A stretch of DNA of 18,287 nucleotides from Leptolyngbyaceae cyanobacterium (GTDB lineage: Bacteria > Cyanobacteriota > Cyanobacteriia > Phormidesmidales > Phormidesmidaceae), in assembly GCA_965263355.1 (NCBI GenBank), contig CBDHHL010000015.1, positions 1 through 18,287 of the forward strand. The letters run 5' to 3'. Made by a program: the position numbers and the translations under genes. The notes below the pieces were generated by a model that was given only the letters and a program-made list of their open reading frames with translations, ran no database searches and was not told the DNA's origin. Shown here piece by piece: positions 16,337-18,287 of the stretch (position 1 is the stretch's first letter; every line of letters starts with the position of its first letter).

Positions 16337-16669
16337 GATTTATTAGTTTGTTTGAATTTTTGACCGGCCCATTGTGCGTGTTTACGTTTCGCATTCTGAG
16401 CCTTTGTTTCTTTTGTATCGTCGTCGTGAGCAACACCAACGGTTTGACGACGGTATACCTCAATTAAGTAGGGGATTTTATGCTTTTTCTTATTGAGGCA
16501 GTCAAGCCGTTGATCCTCATCTACCCACCAAATGCCATCAGAACGAGTTAGGCAATAATCACAGCGACATAAGCTAGCGTCTAAGCCTGGGATGATGGCA
16601 TCCGATGGGGCAGTACATTTGGTTTTAGAACGACGGGTTAAGGGTAGTTCTAATTGGTGAGGCATGGTT
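16301..16669. repeat. Direct repeat copy 2 (full length)
   Basis: Counterpart of 15677-15854. Confidence 0.92.
16306..16665 (-). CDS. Hypothetical Cys-containing protein
   Basis: 119 aa with CRCDYC motif. Confidence 0.6.
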   Translation of the reverse strand: MPHQLELPLTRRSKTKCTAPSDAIIPGLDASLCRCDYCLTRSDGIWWVDEDQRLDCLNKKKHKIPYLIEVYRRQTVGVAHDDDTKETKAQNAKRKHAQWAGQKFKQTNKSCQQQQLLDQ

Positions 16670-16816
16670 AAACAGGAAAGATTTCTAGTGGGATATCTGC
16701 ACCTGTCTTTTTCAGAACTTGAGCAAATTTGTTATCAAGTAGAGAAAACGATAGTTCTTGGAATCCCCGCCTCTTTAGAGCGGGGAGGAAAAGACAACGA
16801 GCGGCTTTAGCCGCTA

Positions 16817-17596
16817 TCAAGCTACACATAATTTATTAGACCTCCGAATCAATGTTGTTTGCTTAAGTCCAAACTGGCCTAAACGCTTCCAGTTATGGTC
16901 ATAGACAGAAACTTTTTTACTCTTAGCTGTTTGGGTGTAGCCGCCAATCCAACCAGTAATCACAGTCCCTTTAGTTTTGACTTTAACCTTGTCCCCAGCT
17001 CGATACCCAAATGGGGTAACAGTCCCTCCTTTACGCTTGCGCTTACCACCCTTCTCAGCATTATCGAAATGTAGTGCTCTGCGAAAATAAGCAGGTCTAG
17101 TAATGACTCTGAACTGAGCTGGTGTAATATCTACCGCTCCAATCCATGTTCTTAAATCGGATTTACTCCCAGGGATAAGGCCAAACCTGGTGAACTGGCT
17201 AGCAGCTAAAGATACGCCATCTACAGCATGAGCTTCAGGTGTTTGAGCTTTCTTATCCTTAGTTTTGGTTAATCCTAGATGCTTGCGGATCTGGCTGGTC
17301 CCATTACAGTCTTTTTGCCATCCGTGAAGGATACGCAACAGGAGCAATAATTTTTAGTTCATCTATAGCTTTGTATTGAGCTGTCATGACAGGGGCAAAG
17401 CCCTTGCCTGATCTGGACCCCTTGCGACCACTAGTTAGGTCTACATCAGCCTTTACAACTTCATAGACGAATGAGGTCATGGGGAAGATTTTGCCCATAG
17501 TTCAGAAATAACTCTAATCTCCATTTGTCGAGCTGCCCAGATCGACGGTGGGACTTTTGATTGCTTACGATTAATGAACCGCTTTTGCCTATGGGC
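16817..17596 (-). pseudogene. isrB: isrB pseudogene: 5' region lost, two frameshifts
   Basis: Three frames: AHRQKRFINRKQSKVPPSIWAARQMEIRVISEL, then KIFPMTSFVYEVVKA, then LHGWQ...HAVDGVSLA...KRKGGTVT...GWIGG. Collinear with IsrB 1; shifts near 17497 and 17330. Confidence 0.85.
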
Positions 17597-17764
17597 TCAA
17601 TATCCTTGCTATCACTAGCATTTTCTGAAAACTCCCCCTCTGAGGGGGTAGATAAGTACGGACACTTTTGATGTCTTAAAAACTCATCAAACAATTCTTT
17701 CGTGGGCTCGGTTTTTAGCCAATGATCAATTCGCTTGCCGGTAGCATTAGCCACGTAGTTGCAT
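17597..17764 (-). pseudogene. KilA-N-like gene fragment inside IsrB element 2
   Basis: ANATGKRIDHWLKTEPTKELFDEF matches the KilA-N pattern (GKR..W L....TKE); no IsrB similarity here. Confidence 0.6.
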
Positions 17765-17979
17765 TGTGGAGATAATCCTAATTACTTAGTTGTGTGTCCC
17801 TACGACCACCGAAAGAAGCATGTCTTGTCTTTACGCAACGCCTTTGGCAAAAGGCTTAGAGATAAACTGAGCTAGGGAAATACTCAGCAGTCTGTAACAT
17901 CTTTCGGCTCATGGTCTAGTCAGAACTTAGTGCATCTTGCCAATGCAAGCCCCGTCACTTTAGTGCGGGGTCATCTGGC
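17765..17979 (-). ncRNA. Omega-RNA scaffold of IsrB element 2; guide expected from ~17980-17999
   Basis: Same motif order as omega-RNA 1 with compensatory changes; ends GGATTATCTCCACA-ATG. Confidence 0.78.
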
Positions 17980-18063
17980 AAAATCTTCGAATGTTGCATA
18001 AAAATTAAGGCTTGACTCACCTTCTTTCCAAATTTGAATTGCTTTTGGTTTTTGGAATGCCAT
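17980..18063 (-). pseudogene. 5' half of a small host ORF interrupted by IsrB element 2
   Basis: 28 open codons MAFQKPKAIQIWKEGESSLNFYATFEDF run exactly up to the element left end. Confidence 0.5.
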
Positions 18064-18132
18064 GGGTTAAAACTCGCTAACTAAATTACTTGAACTAAAT
18101 TGATGCACCCGTGAATTGACGAACTTGACTAG

Positions 18133-18287
18133 TTAGCACATAAAAATCAACTGTTTACGTGCCCTAGTAGCTGCGGTGTACAGCAGCTTTCGAGGATCCC
18201 AAGTTTCGTCAAATTTTGCTTGTGCGTTCGACATAAGAGTCTTCATGTCAAGCACGACAATATCTACTGTTACGCCTTGCAGTCGAT
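18133..18287 (-). CDS. SF1 helicase (RecD/Dda-like) C-terminus, partial
   Basis: Translated by hand: RLQGVTVDIVVLD...RKLLYTAATRARKQLIFMC*, i.e. helicase motifs V and VI. Confidence 0.85.
   Translation of the reverse strand, partial: RLQGVTVDIVVLDMKTLMSNAQAKFDETWDPRKLLYTAATRARKQLIFMC

Larger units (their letters stand above)
16740..17979 (-). mobile_element. Decayed non-autonomous IsrB element 2
   Basis: Left end GCCAGATGACCCCGCACTAAAGTGACGGGGCTTG (from 17979). Right-end hairpin TTCCTCCCCGCTCTAAAGAGGCGGGGATTCC (16790-16760). Right boundary uncertain by about 15 nt. Confidence 0.8.

Noticed and set aside
17461..17754. 97-aa track ORF as a real intact gene
   Set aside because: It is chimeric: a KilA-N-like fragment running into isrB sequence in the wrong frame.
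17484..17988. 12-bp inverted match GAAGATTTTGCC between the element 2 left junction and the isrB frameshift region
   Set aside because: Several 12-bp matches are expected by chance in 18 kb on both strands, and no NTGA-like TAM follows it.
1..18287. tRNA, rRNA, integrase, tnpA or phage structural genes
   Set aside because: None recognised, so phage vs plasmid status cannot be settled from this window.

Overview
An 18.3-kb segment of a cyanobacterial phage, prophage or phage-plasmid. It has seven HIP1 GCGATCGC sites and densely packed small genes, mostly on the minus strand. Read right to left on the minus strand it carries: the C-terminus of an SF1 (RecD/Dda-like) helicase; a decayed IsrB (OMEGA, IS200/IS605-family) element whose omega-RNA and end hairpins are kept but whose 5' coding region is replaced by a KilA-N-like fragment; a gene inserted between direct duplications; a 512-aa homolog of mitochondrial DNA polymerase gamma with intact 3'-5' exonuclease motifs but a collapsed, apparently catalytically dead polymerase part; a 5'-3' exonuclease; HTH regulators; an intact non-autonomous IsrB element with its omega-RNA; and small phage ORFs around a divergent XRE switch. 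It then has a five-gene HTH/membrane/P-loop ATPase module with an internal repeat cluster (possible TraB/clt-like DNA translocation system), a DUF2227-like gene and a partial EEP-family nuclease. All family calls are from motifs recognised by eye; no searches were run.
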